This document shows, in pieces, positions 1 through 11,132 of a stretch of DNA of 64,000 nucleotides. The DNA lies in the NCBI RefSeq assembly GCF_036365525.1, contig NC_090403.1:51089095-51153094 (forward strand), written 5' to 3'. The position numbers and the translations under genes were made by a program. Numbering within the stretch: position 1 is the first letter of the stretch; the number at the start of each line of letters is the position of its first letter. Origin of the DNA: Heterodontus francisci. Its lineage: Eukaryota. Below the pieces are notes generated by a model, which worked only from the letters and a program-made list of their open reading frames with translations, made no database searches and had not been told where the DNA came from.

Positions 1-464
1 AATTGATCCACGCCCTTCAAACAGCCTTATCTGCAATAAAACACTCAATCTTCCAACGCCTTACTTCTAACCTATATCGATTTTGTTCCTTGAGGTTTAA
101 ATCCAACACAAGCACTAAATGATTTATTTCCAAAACTGACAACCTAGGTTTCGAAACATTTAGAAGCAAAAAAAAGAAAGGGGAAGGACACAACTAAAAT
201 TTAAAATCAGCAATCTAGGCAGCGAGCGTTAAATAAGTTTTGTTTTTAAAAAAAATCTCGAGTACAAACTTATGCTTTAAAAATAAAGTTCAACCCCCAC
301 ATCTGAGTAAGTCGTTTCTCTGAGTCTATTTGGAGAGAAAAAGAGATGTAGGTTCAATGGTTGGGGAGAAGGCGATTTACTTCCGCCTCCTTGGCGCCTT
401 CAACGGTGAATGTTACAAAATGTGGCAAAGGGGAGAAAAAAAGAAGCGGAAATTGAAACAAGGG

Positions 465-560
465 TTCGCAACAGTGTAACTGACCAGTTACAATTCGCAA
501 CAGTGTAACTGACCAGTTACAATTCGCAACAGTGTAACTGACGAGCTACAATGTAACTGA
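465..560. repeat. 29-bp tandem repeat (~3.3 copies) in LASP1 intron 1
   Basis: Unit TTCGCAACAGTGTAACTGACCAGTTACAA at 465, 494 and 523 (third copy diverges). The unit contains the inverted repeat TGTAACTG-AC-CAGTTACA. Confidence 0.9.
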
Positions 561-609
561 TCAAGGAGAAGAGTCTGGAGCGCGCGAGCATCGTGTGGTT
601 TGAGCTCAC

Positions 610-678
610 CTTATCCAGGCAGTTGACTTTTTCGGTTGGGTAGACAATTTTTTTACATCTGGCACAAGATGGATTCAT
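610..678 (-). CDS. LASP1: LIM and SH3 domain protein 1, first coding exon (gene continues off the left edge)
   Basis: Minus strand ATG at 678 encodes [23 protein letters not shown] (69 nt) followed by a GTGAGC donor. It matches the LIM N-terminus of LASP1 (human [23 protein letters not shown]). Adjacency to RPL23 favours LASP1 over NEBL/LASP2. Confidence 0.93.
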
Positions 679-1343
679 TTTGGAAACTGATTTTTTTTTT
701 TCTCTCTGCTGTTGTTGTTGTCTCTCGGTCTCTAACTGCACGCAATTTCGCTCTCTACAATCTTCTTGGAATATGTTCCACCCTTCTTTCTCTTTCTGCT
801 TCTGTGTGCAAGCTCTTCTCTCTGATCTGATCAGGGAATAAACAGGAGGGGCCCCTGAGAGCGCGCTCGGAGGAAATTACACGTCCAACAAGGGGGTTGG
901 GTTGAGTTGAGTTGGGGGTTGTATGTGAGCGCGCACGTTGATGCAGACGTGCACGTTCGGGAAGCCAAAAGGAGTAATTTGAAACTGGGCAGCTATTCAG
1001 TGGGAATGTATGTAATCATTAAGCCAAATGACGGCTTTATTATTCGCCGTAAACAATCGAGAGTGGGCTGTGCCAGCTTTGTGGAGCGCGTCTGTTTGAG
1101 GATCATAGTGAATTGATCCAATTTTTATTTGTTTAACTACATAAAAGAATGTTGTCATGTTTGCAAATACAGGTTGGGCAATGGCATACAGTAGTGAATT
1201 ATTTTAAAGGGAAACTGACCCCTTTTCCTGGTGGGGATGGGGAGAAATGAGTTGGGGTCGGAAACAGGACAAGTGATTTCTTTGGCACAGCAGTCAGGTT
1301 GGACGAAGTTCACTGCTACCAGGAAATTTACAAGCAGCTCTCC

Positions 1344-1565
1344 TCGGGTTGCCAACCCGCCAAGGATTGCCCTGGAGTCTCCAGGAATTATGAATTAAAC
1401 TCCAGGGTACCGGCTGCAAGCAACCCAGGAGAATCATCACAGGGGTATTAAAATACAATTTCTTTGGACACTTTATTAGCTTTAAGAATATTCGAGATGA
1501 AGTCGGGGAAGTTATTTTGACTGGACTAGAGACATGAATATTCCCAAGTAGAGTTGGCAACCCTA
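1344..1565. mobile_element. MITE / non-autonomous DNA transposon (hAT-like TIRs)
   Basis: Terminal inverted repeats GGGTTGCCAAC (1346-1356) and GTTGGCAACCC (1553-1563). Related internal sequence (GTCTCCAGGAATT) recurs near 8340-8415 (-) and 53640-53760. Confidence 0.65.
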
Positions 1566-1747
1566 ACCTTCCGCCAACCCAAATTCAGGAGACCACCGCT
1601 GATAAACCAACACTAACGTTCTATTTAAACTCAAACAAGTTACATCGAATACACAGCACAGAAACAGAGAACATGGCCCAATTGTTTTAAACCAGTATTA
1701 CTACTCCACACAAGCTACCCTCCCCCCACTCGAACTACCTCAAAGGA

Positions 1748-2106
1748 CATGGGTTCAAGTCCCACTCCCACATAATCTGGGTTGACAATCCCATTGCAGT
1801 ATTGAGGTAGTGCTGCAGTGTCAAACGTGCTGCCTTTAGGATGAGACATTAAACCTTGGCTCCATCTGCCCTCATGTGGATGTTAAAGATCAAAGAAGTG
1901 CCGAGGATTTCCCCGCCATTATTTATCCCTCAAACAAGATTATTTAAAATAAAGTTATCTGGTCATTATCTCATTGCTGTTTGTGGGAGCTTGCTGTGCA
2001 CAGATTAGGTACTATGTTCCCTACATAACTACACTTCAAAAGTAATTAATTGGTTGTAAAGCACATTGGGACATCCTGAGGTTGTGAAAGGTGCTATATA
2101 AATGCA
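1748..2106 (+). mobile_element. tRNA-derived DeuSINE (SacSINE1-like)
   Basis: B-box-like GGTTCAAGTCC head, CAGTATTGAGG..GTGCTGC core and GCTATATAAATGC tail. The same family recurs at 2115-2270(-), 9721-10125(-), 30390-30785, 31360-31764, 42285-42480 and 53100-53500. Confidence 0.7.
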
Positions 2107-2604
2107 GACAGGACCTTGATTCAACATCTCATCTGAAAGATGACACCTCCAACAATGCAGCACTGGAATGTCAGCCTAGATTATGTGCTCAAATCTCTGA
2201 AGTGGGACTTGAACCCACATCTTTATAACTCTGAGATGAAAGTGCTACCCATAGAAGCATGATTGACACTGACACTGGAGTTTTAGGCAACTATTAACCC
2301 ATTTAAAATAGGCAGGTTCGATCTTATGTAAAAAAAAAACCGCACGGTACTTCATGGAAAAAGTCCGTGAAGTTATCAGCTGTGAACTTCAATTGATTTG
2401 CTCAATTTAAGATTAATTTTCCTGTTCCCATTAACTTGCGGTATCTCAGGTTGTTGGTATTAACAGATCTTGATGTTCTTATTTAGGATTTATCCGCTGA
2501 TGAGGCCATAGTGCTAAAAACTGCTCCAGGAGACTTGCAGGCCGGTCTTTTTTTTAAAAACCACTAAAAATATTTCATGAAATAAAGTCTAAATATAAGA
2601 AGGA

Positions 2605-2698
2605 ACAGCAAATTCTGGAAATACTCAGCAGGTCAGGCAGCATCTGGAAAGAGAAACAGAGCTAACATCTCAGATTGATGAACCTTCGTCAGAACTGG
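2605..2698 (-). mobile_element. Penelope-derived terminal repeat, degenerate hammerhead copy (left arm of inverted pair)
   Basis: CTGGAAATACTCAGCAGGTCAGGCAGCATC...CTTCGTCAGAACT is homologous to the 3' end of the Penelope at 6450-6555. Confidence 0.75.
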
Positions 2699-2699
2699 G

Positions 2700-3370
2700 A
2701 CCTGAGAGAATGGAGTGCTGCAACTTCAGAGGGAGATAGGTTAGAGTGAGTGAGGGCCGCAGAGTAATTGAGATGGCTGATGTCATGCTGGCAAATATCA
2801 ATGAAAAGATCGAGAGAGAGTAAGAGACCAAAGGGATGGGTCCCGGTGGAAGGAAAATTCTAAAGATGGGAGAAAGGGTCAGCTGTGCAGGAGGAAGGGT
2901 CCTGGCCAAAGAAGTGGGTGCGGAGGTGAAGGTGTTAGTAAAAGAGCTCAGTGTTGTGCTGACCTCAAAATTCATTGAGGTGGGAGCGGAAGGGGATGAA
3001 GCTGAGGCCGTTGCAGAGGACTGATTCTCCAGGGTCAGAGAGAGGTTCGTAAAAACATGGCAAGGGTTGAGATTGGAAGAAGGGATGGAGTCAGAGGAAA
3101 GTAAAGGGGAGAAAGGATCGGGAGGGGCATTGATATCCAAGAGTTGTTGAACCTTGTGATCATTGATACATGAAAGGAGAAGGAAAAGCTTTACTAAGGC
3201 ACTATATGAGACAAAAGGTGAAATGGTATTGTGGACAAGGACAGCTTTGAGATAGAGTGAGATGGTGCTGCTGAAGAGAGAGGGTGAGAGTGTGTATGTG
3301 GCAGTGCAAGGTGTTGAGCATGGATCCCAGGATACGGAGAGAGCAGTAGTTTGGGGAACGCTGTCAAAGT
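2700..3370 (-). mobile_element. Decayed LINE ORF2 fragment (L2/CR1 group)
   Basis: Purine-rich on +. Minus-strand frames give broken Ser/Leu/Pro-rich peptides typical of the L2-type endonuclease-linker region; no intact ORF. Confidence 0.45.
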
Positions 3371-3374
3371 CGCC

Positions 3375-3478
3375 AGTTCTGACGAAAGGTCATCAACCTG
3401 AAACATTAACTCTCTTTCTCACTCCACAGAAGCTACTTTTATTTCAGATTTCCAGGATCTGCAGCATTTTGCTCTTGC
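3375..3478 (+). mobile_element. Penelope-derived terminal repeat with hammerhead motif (right arm of inverted pair)
   Basis: AGTT-CTGACGA-A-AGGT-CATCA-ACCT-GAAAC-ATT-AACT at 3375-3411, followed by TTTCAGATTTCCAGGATCTGCAGCATTTTGC. Confidence 0.75.
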
Positions 3479-3740
3479 AAATATAAATATGACTGAGTTA
3501 TCTGAGCTTCGAGGACAGGGTTTGTTCACCTTGCCCTAATACAATATCAGCCTGTGAAGTTGTGAGGTGGAAATTTTTTTTCATTCTTTCATGGGATGTG
3601 GCCGTCGCTGGCAAGACCGGCATTTGTTGTCCATCTCTAATTGCCCTTAACAACTGAGGAGCTTGCTAGGTCATTTCAGAGGGCAGTTAAGAGTCAGCCA
3701 CATTGTCTGGGTCTGGAGTCACATATAGGCCAGACTGGGG

Positions 3741-4843
3741 AATTTGGCAAATTGGATTCAAAATTGGCTCAGTGGCAGAAGGCAGAGGGTGATGGGAGAG
3801 GGTTGTTTTTGTGAATGGAGGACTGTGACCAGTGGTATACTGCAGGGATCGGTACTGGGACCCTTACTGTTTATAGTGTACATTAATGATTTAGACGTGA
3901 ATATAGAAGGTGTGATCGGTAAGTTCGCAGATGACACAAAAATTGGTGGTGTCGTAAATAGTGAGGAGGAAAGCCTTAGATTACAGGACGATATAGATGG
4001 GCTGGTAAGATGGGCGGAGCAGTGGCAAATGGAGTTTAATCCTGAGAAGTGTGATGTGATGCACTTTGGGAGGTCTAACAAGGCAATGGAATATACAATG
4101 GATGGTAGAACCCAGGGGAGTGCAGAGGGTCAGAGGGACCTTGGGATGCTTGTCCATAGATCACTGAAGGCAGCAGCACGGGTAGATAAGGTGGTTAGGA
4201 AGGCATATGGGATACTTGCCTTTATTAGCTGAGGCATAGAATATAAGAGCAGGGAGGTTATGATGGAGCTGTATAAAATGTTAGTTGGGCCACAGCTGGA
4301 GTACTGTGTACAGTTCTGGTTACCACACAATAGGACGGATGTGATTGCAATGGAGAGGGTGCAGAGGAGATTTACCAGGATGTTGCCTGGGCTGGAGCAT
4401 TTCAGATTATGAAGATAGATGGGGTTGTTTTCCTTGGAGCGGAGAAGGCTGAGGGGAGGGGCCTGATTGAGATATACAAAATTATGAGGGGCATTGATAG
4501 GATAGCTAGGAAGAAACTTTTTCCCTTAGCAGAGAGGTCAATAACTAGGGGGCATAGATTTAAGATAAGGGGCAGGAGGTTTAGAGGGGAGTTGAGAAAG
4601 AATTTTTTCACCCAGAGGGTGGTTGGAATCTGGAACACACTGCCTGAAGGGGTGGTAGAGGCAGGAACACTCATGACATTCAAGAAGTATTTAGATGAGC
4701 ACTTGAAACGCCAGAGCATACAAGGCTAACAGGCCAAGTACGGAGATATGGGATTAGTTAGGACGGGTGCTTGATGGTCGGTGCAGGCGCGTTGGGCCGA
4801 AGGGCCTGTTTCTGTGCTGTAAAACTCTATGACTCTATGACTA
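3741..4843 (+). mobile_element. CR1 LINE, 5'-truncated (RT C-terminal part and 3' UTR), nested in a short repeat (3575-3740 / 4844-5072)
   Basis: ORFs 3744-4232 ([21 protein letters not shown]) and 4409-4729 (NFFTQRVVGIWNTLP); (CTCTATGA)n-like tail. An uninterrupted copy of the host repeat lies at ~36345-36665. Confidence 0.9.
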
Positions 4844-5683
4844 GGTAAGGACAGCAGATTTCCTTTGCTAAAGGAAATTAGTGAACCAGATGGGTTTTTA
4901 CAACGATCAATAATAGTTTAACGGCACCATTACTGAGACGAGCTTTCAATTCCAGATTTTTTATTAATTAATTAAATTTTAATTCCACCAGCATTTGAAA
5001 CCATGTGCCCAGGGCATTAGCCTGGGCCCCTGGATGACCAGTCCAATGACATTACTACTTTGCCACCGTCTTACAATATGACTGACACTTTTACAAAAAA
5101 GTTATGAACTCATCTATTTTAGGCAAATATGTTTAGTAAATCTAATATTGAAACATTGAAAATCACTTTAGTTGTCCTAGGACCAGGAGGGGTAAAGTCA
5201 GAAAGAAAGAGCTTGCATTTCTGAAGCACCTTTCACATTGCCTCATTGGCAGATAAATCCTAAATCAGAACATCGAGATCTGTAAGTACCTGCAACTTGA
5301 GATAACGCAAATTAATGGGCCGAGGGAAATTGAGCTTAAATTGAGAAAAATCAATTGGTGAAATTCACAACTGAAAACTTCACAACCTTTTTCTTCAAAT
5401 TCCTTTGAGCTGTTTTTACATTAGGTTCAACCTGTTTCTTTTAAATGCTTGTTTAAAATTGCACCTAGTGTGAGCAGTGGCTCAACGGTAACACTCTCAG
5501 CTCAGAGTTTAGAAGGATGCCCCAAAGCAAATTATAGCCAATAAAAATGTTTTCACAGATGTAATGCAACCATATTGTTGCACAGCAAGGGTGCCTCAAC
5601 AATAAGGAGATAAATGGGATATTCTATTTTTGGTGTTGTTGGTTGAGGGTTAAGTGTTAGCCAGGACATCAGGAGAATTAATA

Positions 5684-5818
5684 CAAAAGCAAAATACTGC
5701 AGATGCTGGAAATCTGAAAGTAAAACAGAAAATGCTGGAAATACTCAGCAGGTCTGGCAGCATCTGTGGAGAGAGAAGCAGAGTTAACGTTTCAGGTCGA
5801 TGACCTTTCATCAGAACT
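5684..5818 (-). mobile_element. Penelope-derived short element
   Basis: AAAAGCAAAATACTGCAGATGCTGGAAATCTG...TCATCAGAACT, near-identical to the Penelope 3' terminus at 6450-6555. Confidence 0.85.
5782..5818 (-). ncRNA. Minimal type I hammerhead ribozyme (intact core)
   Basis: Minus strand reads AGTT-CTGATGA-A-AGGTC-ATC-GACCT-GAAAC-GTT-AACT. This gives stem I AGTT/AACT, CUGAUGA box, 5-bp stem II, GAAA box, palindromic ACGT stem III and GUU cleavage triplet. Confidence 0.8.
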
Positions 5819-6099
5819 GCAGTTAACTCTATACCTGTCATGGGTGCTAGTGCTGGTACTAAGCCACAGTACTGACACATCATCTGAAGTTGCTGCTCTG
5901 GTAACTTACTGGCTGACCCCTTTCAAAAGGCCATATTTAGACATCTGCTGCAGACAAGATAAACCTCAGTTGCAGAGCCCCCATGTTTGAATAACTTGCT
6001 GAAACTCACAAAAGAAGAAAGGCTGTATGGGCAATGTACTGCAAGCTGCCTGCTTCTGTCACATGTACTTTCCCCTCAGCAGAGGAAAGGAGAATTGTA

Positions 6100-6447
6100 A
6101 AATGATACAGAATAGGAGACCATTCAGTCCATCGCGCTAGTGCCAGCTGATTGAAAGAGCTATCCAATTAGTCCCACTTCCCTTGCTCTTTCCCTGTAGC
6201 CCTGCAATTTTTTACCGTCAAGTTTTTATCCAATTCCCCATTGTAAGTTACTGTTGAATCTGCTTTCACCACACTTTCAGGCAATGCATTCCAGATGATA
6301 ATAACTCACTGCGTTAAAACATTTCTGCTCGTCTCCCCTCTGATTCTTTTGCCAAATATCTTAAATCGGTGTCATCTGGTTACTGACCTGACAGCCAATA
6401 GAAATAAGTCTCTGCTTATGTACGTTATCAAAACCCTTCATAATTTT
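6100..6447 (-). mobile_element. CR1 LINE 3' fragment
   Basis: Reverse complement of the CR1 3' end (CATTCCAGAT..ACTCACTGCGTTAAAAC, CCCTTCATAATTTT). Confidence 0.7.
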
Positions 6448-6449
6448 GA

Positions 6450-7887
6450 GCAAATAAGAACAAGAAATGCTGGAAATACTCAGCAGGTCTGGCAGCATCT
6501 ATGGTGAGAGAAGCAGAGTTAACGTTTCAGGTCAGTGACCCCTTCTTCAGAACTGGCAAATATTAGAAATGTGAAAGGTTATAAGCAAGTAAAGCAGGGG
6601 TGGGGCAAGAGATAACAAAGAAGAAGGTGTTGATAGGACAAGGTCACAGAATAGCTGACCAGAAGATCATGGAGCAAAGGCAAACAATATGTTAATGGTG
6701 TGTTGAAAGACAAAGCATTAGTACAGATAGGGTGTTAATGGACTGAAAACTGAACAGCCACAAGCACAAACATGGAAAAAAAGGTAAGCAAACTGAACAA
6801 ACTAAGATGAAATAAAATAAAACAATCACAAAAAATATATAAAAAAGAAAAAATAACCAAAAATAAAAGTAAAATGGGGGCTCCGTCATGCTCTGAAATT
6901 ATTGAACTCAATGTTCAGTCCGGCAGGCTGTAGTGTGCCTAATCGGTAAATGCTGTTCCTCGAGCTTGCGTTGATGTTCACTGGAACACTGCAGTAATCC
7001 CAGGACAGAGATGTGAGCATGAGAGCAGGGGGGAGTGTTGAAATGGCAAGCAACCTGAAGCTCGGGTCCTGCTTGCGGACTGAGTGGAGGTGTTCCGCAA
7101 AGCGGTCACCCAGTCTGCGTTTGGTCTCCCCAATGTAGAGGAGACCACATTGTGAGCAGTGAATACAGTATACTACATTGAAAGAAGTACAAGTAAATCG
7201 CTGCTTCACCTGAAAGGAGTGTTTGGGGCCTTGGATAGTGAGGAGAGAGGAGGTAAATGGGCAGGTATTACACCTCCTGAGATTGCAGGGGAAGGTGCCT
7301 GGGAAGGGGACTAGTTGGTGGGGGTAATGGAGGAGTGGACCAGGGTGTTGCGGACGGAACGAGCCCTTCGGAATGCTGACAGTGGAAGGGAGGGGAAGAT
7401 GCGTTTGGTAGTGACATCACGCTGGAGGTGGCAGAAATGGCGGAGGATGATCCTTTGGATATGGAGGCTGATGGGATGGAATGTGAGGACAAGGGGAACC
7501 CTCTCACGGTTCTGGGAGGGAGGGGAAGGGGTGAGGGTAGAGGTGCGGGAAATGGGCCGGACACAGTTGAGGACCCTGTCAATCACAGTGGGGGGGGAAT
7601 CCTCGGTTGAGGAAAAAGGAAGACTTATCAGAAGCGCTGTCATGGAAGGTAGCATCATCAGAGCAGATGCGTCGGAGACGGAGAAACTGGGAGAATGGAA
7701 TGGAGTCCCTACAGGAGGTAGGGTGTGAAGAAGTGTAGTCGAGGTAGCTGTGGGAGTCGGTGGGCTTATAATGGATTTTAGTAGACAATCTATCCCCAGA
7801 GATGAAGACACAGAAGTCGAGGAAAGGAAGGGAAGTGTCGGCGATGGGCCATGTAAAGGTGAGAGAAGGGTGGAAATTAGAAGCAAC
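6450..7887 (-). mobile_element. Penelope-like element (probably Neptune group), 5'-truncated: RT C-terminus, GIY-YIG endonuclease, terminal repeat
   Basis: Minus-strand peptides LPFLDFCVFISGDRLSTKIHYKPTDSHSYLDYTSSHP..SQFLRLRRICSDD (PLE RT thumb) and FTCTSFNVVYCIHCSQCGLLYIGETKRRLGDRFAEH (GIY-YIG); frameshifted. Confidence 0.92.
6517..6554 (-). ncRNA. Hammerhead ribozyme motif at Penelope 3' terminus
   Basis: Minus strand AGTT-CTGAAGA-AGG-GGTCA-C-TGACC-T-GAAAC-GTT-AACT; stem II register slightly distorted. Confidence 0.7.
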
Positions 7888-8518
7888 AATTTTAAGCTCC
7901 TCCATTAAATTTCCCCTTAACATTCTCTGCTCTAAGGAGGAAATGGTATTTACACTCAATGTTTACTCATGCACCAGGTTTATATTTTAATAACAACAGC
8001 TTGTATTTACATAGCGCTTTTAACGTGGGTAAAACATCCTAAGTGGAGTAAGGAGAAAATGGAGACTGAGCCAAAGGTGATATTAGGAGTGGTGACTAAA
8101 AGCTTTGTCGAAGAGATGGGTTTTAAAGAGGGCCTTAAAAAGACGACAGGGAGGGAAGAGACTGCCAGTTTACCAATTCTGGTTGGATGTTCTGCTGTAG
8201 ATTTCATCACATGACCTCCCACCTCCAATCTCTCTGCCCAGTTAAACAGATTTTTGTAACTATGTTTATAATTAATAAACTGGTATTTGAAGAAAATAAA
8301 AGAAACATTTTTTAACGCCTCAATGATTTTTCTCACAGGCTTCTCGCAAATGTATCCTGGAGATTAATCTGTAATTCCTGGAGGCTGCAGGACAAACGTG
8401 GAGGGGTTATCAACCCAAAGAGGTAAATGAAATTCCAGAAAGTGAGGGCTGAGCAGTTAAAGCCCCGTCTGCCAATGGTGGGGCAAAAGGAGGGGGAGAG
8501 ATGCTCAAGAGACTGGAT

Positions 8519-8878
8519 TAAAGCATGGCTACCCACCCGAACCCAACGGGACCCGACGACTTTGTCGGGTTCGGGTCGGGTTGGGTCGGATTACTCTTCT
8601 GGGTCCGGCATTCAGGCTCGGGTCGAGTCGGGCTGGGTCGGACACAATGGCAGCCAGGACGTCACAGAGGGAAACACTCCGCACTAGTCTGCAGTGAGCG
8701 ATTCCATCCAAGGTGGAGCACAACCTCTTTAATATAATCAACTTTATTCCGGTGGTCGGGTCGAGTCGGGTCAGGCGCGGGAAAAAAATGAAAGGACTCG
8801 GGCCGGGTCGGGCTCAGGTCGGATGTGGTTCTGTCGGGCTTGGGTCGGGTTTCATTTGCAGACCTGCGCAGGCCTTTA
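8519..8878 (+). mobile_element. hAT-type MITE with subterminal (CCCGA/TCGGG)n repeats
   Basis: Ends TAAAGCATG...CAGGCCTTTA; imperfect 8-bp TSD GACTGGAT (8511-8518) / GGCTGGAC (8879-8886). Confidence 0.8.
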
Positions 8879-9353
8879 GGCTGGACTCCGAGGAATAGTG
8901 AGATTGGCAAACAGTGACCATACTTGGGAAACCTGGCCTTCCCTAGCCCAGGGTTGCATTGGCAATTGTAGCATCTGAATTTCAGCACGAGCTGAGATGA
9001 TCTGGAACCAAACCAGGGGTTTTCCTGCTCTACTTAAGTTGGGTTTGTTCATTACAGGAATTTTGGATGCAATAAATTAGCATACAAATCCAACATCCAT
9101 TTGGATTATTAAACGCAGCGTGAATGTGATGTATGAACCTGTAATTCTGATTTTAATCAACACTTCATTTCTAAACCATACTCAGCAGGAGCAGAACAGA
9201 ACATGCTGAGTTGCAGCTGCCGCGCATGTTTAATTGCTCACTCTCCCACGTTCTGCATGAGTGTGCTCAGAATTGCAATGGTCGATTGCCACAAGGAGCT
9301 CGTGGGTGCCCTCTGCTGGTCGGAACATTATTTTATTTACATGACCTCAGGAC

Positions 9354-9720
9354 GAAAGGCCTGCTTGGGTATAAAATTGAAACCCAAGCCAGGCCCGACC
9401 CGACCACAGCCAACCCGAACCCGACCCGTGCCCGAGTCCTTTAACTTTTTTCGTGCCCGACCAGATCTGACTCGACACAAATATCGCAATAAATTTAATG
9501 ATATCAAACATATTAATGTACTGTACCTTGTCCAAATGTAATACTTGTGATCCTGTCCATTTGTTCTGGCAGCAGACTATTCCTGCAGTTTGAGGTGTGG
9601 GGGATCATGGGTGAGCCTGATCCCCTGAGGTCCAGGAGGAAACACTGTCTAACCCGACCTGACCCGAATCCTGGACTCAGAATATAGAGCCGATCCGACC
9701 CGAACCCGACACAGGCTTTA
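9354..9720 (-). mobile_element. hAT-type MITE, same family, opposite orientation
   Basis: Ends GAAAGGCCTG...CAGGCTTTA; perfect 8-bp TSD CTCAGGAC (9346-9353 and 9721-9728); CCCGA repeats. Confidence 0.88.
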
Positions 9721-10125
9721 CTCAGGACATCCCAAAGCGCTTTACAGCCAATTAAATACCGTTGTAATGTAGGAAACCCAGCAGCCAGTTTAGGCACAGT
9801 AAGCTCCCATAAACAGCAGTGTGATAAATGACCAGATAATTTGCCTTACTGATGTTGGTTGATGGATAAATAATGGCCAGGACACTAGGGAGATCCCCCT
9901 TGCACCTCGTCGAAATAGTTCCATTAGATCATTTACGTCCACTTGGAAGGGCGGACGGAGACTCGGTTTAACATTTCATTTGAAAGACAGCACCTCTGAC
10001 ACTGCAGCACTCCCTCAGCAATACACTGGAGTGCTAACCTAGATTAAGTGCTCAAGTGGCTGGAGTGGGACTTGAACTCACAGCTTTTTGACTCACAGCC
10101 CAACAGTGTTTCCACTGAAGCCTGG
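9721..10125 (-). mobile_element. DeuSINE (SacSINE1-like), interrupted at its tail by the hAT MITE
   Basis: Reverse complement of the SINE at 1748-2106 (CCCAAAGCGCTTTACAGCCAAT...GTGGGACTTGAACTC). Confidence 0.75.
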
Positions 10126-10274
10126 CTAATTTCCTCCAAGGTGACTCCTTAGGAAGTCCATGCAAAGTTTGCATTGGTTAAATCAATTGGTTTTCATTCC
10201 CCAAGGGACAAGTATCGAATCTGACATATTACTGAGCCATCCAGATCCAATTCTCCATCTGTGCTGCAGTGTAT

Positions 10275-10680
10275 GCAACAACAGTTTGCATTTATTTAAC
10301 GCCTTTAACGTCGTAAAGCTTTCCAAGGTGCTTCACAGGAGCGTTATCAAACAAAGTTTAACACTGAGCTACATAAGGAGATATTAGGACAGGTAACCAA
10401 AAGGTTGGCCAAGGAGGTAGGTTTTAAGGAGATTCTTAAAGTAGGAGAGAGAGGTAAAGAGGTGAAGAGGTTTAGGGAGGGAATTCCAGAGCTCAGGACC
10501 TTCGCAATTGAAGGCACGGCCTCCAATGGTGAAGCGATTAAAATAGAGGACATGCAAGAGGCCAGAATTGGAGGAGCACAAAGATCTCAGAGGGTTGTGG
10601 GGATGGAGCAGATTACAGAGATAGGGAGGGTAAGGTCAGGGAAGGATTTGAAAATAAATATGAGTTTTAAAATAGCAATG
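10275..10680 (-). mobile_element. L2-type LINE 3' fragment
   Basis: Minus-strand peptide TIGGRAFNCEGPELWNSLPKPL..FKNLLKTYL is a typical L2 ORF2 C-terminus. Related copies at ~7990-8510 and 59282-59436/61245-61460. Confidence 0.75.
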
Positions 10681-11132
10681 CAAGGATTATACAATGGGTC
10701 ATGCTTTCCCTTGTCCTGTTCATCATTATCCAGTAACCAGACTGCATGGATGACAAGTGAGGGTAGCACTGAACTCCGCTAGTTTTCATGTCCCCCCGCA
10801 CTCCCCCGCCCACCTCACCACCCACATATTCAGATACCTTGGTGTTAATAACTGCACAGGAGTGTTCAATGCTTTGGATTTCGAAGGAACAAAAGATTTG
10901 CCTTTCATGATCTCAGAATGTCCCAAAGTGCTTTTCAGTCACTGAAGTCTTTCTTGAAGTGCACTCACTGTTGTAATGTAAGAAACGTGGTAACCAATTT
11001 GCATGTAGCTCAGCTGGTATAATTCATCATTGAGTCAGATCATTCTGAGTTGAGGCGGCTCTGACACCCATCTGTCCATTCAGGTGCACATTAAACATCC
11101 TATGACGATAATTAAAGAAGTATGATTTTTTT

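Noticed and set aside
465-560. 29-bp palindromic repeats resembling a CRISPR array
   Set aside because: Units are directly adjacent with no unique spacers, there are no cas genes, and the context is a vertebrate intron.
517-741. 74-aa ORF as a complete gene
   Set aside because: Only 610-678 is LASP1 coding; the rest is 5' UTR and intron read-through past a GTGAGC donor.
8427-9797. Cluster of overlapping GSGRVG/PTRP-rich ORFs
   Set aside because: Translations of the CCCGA/TCGGG subterminal repeats of two MITEs.
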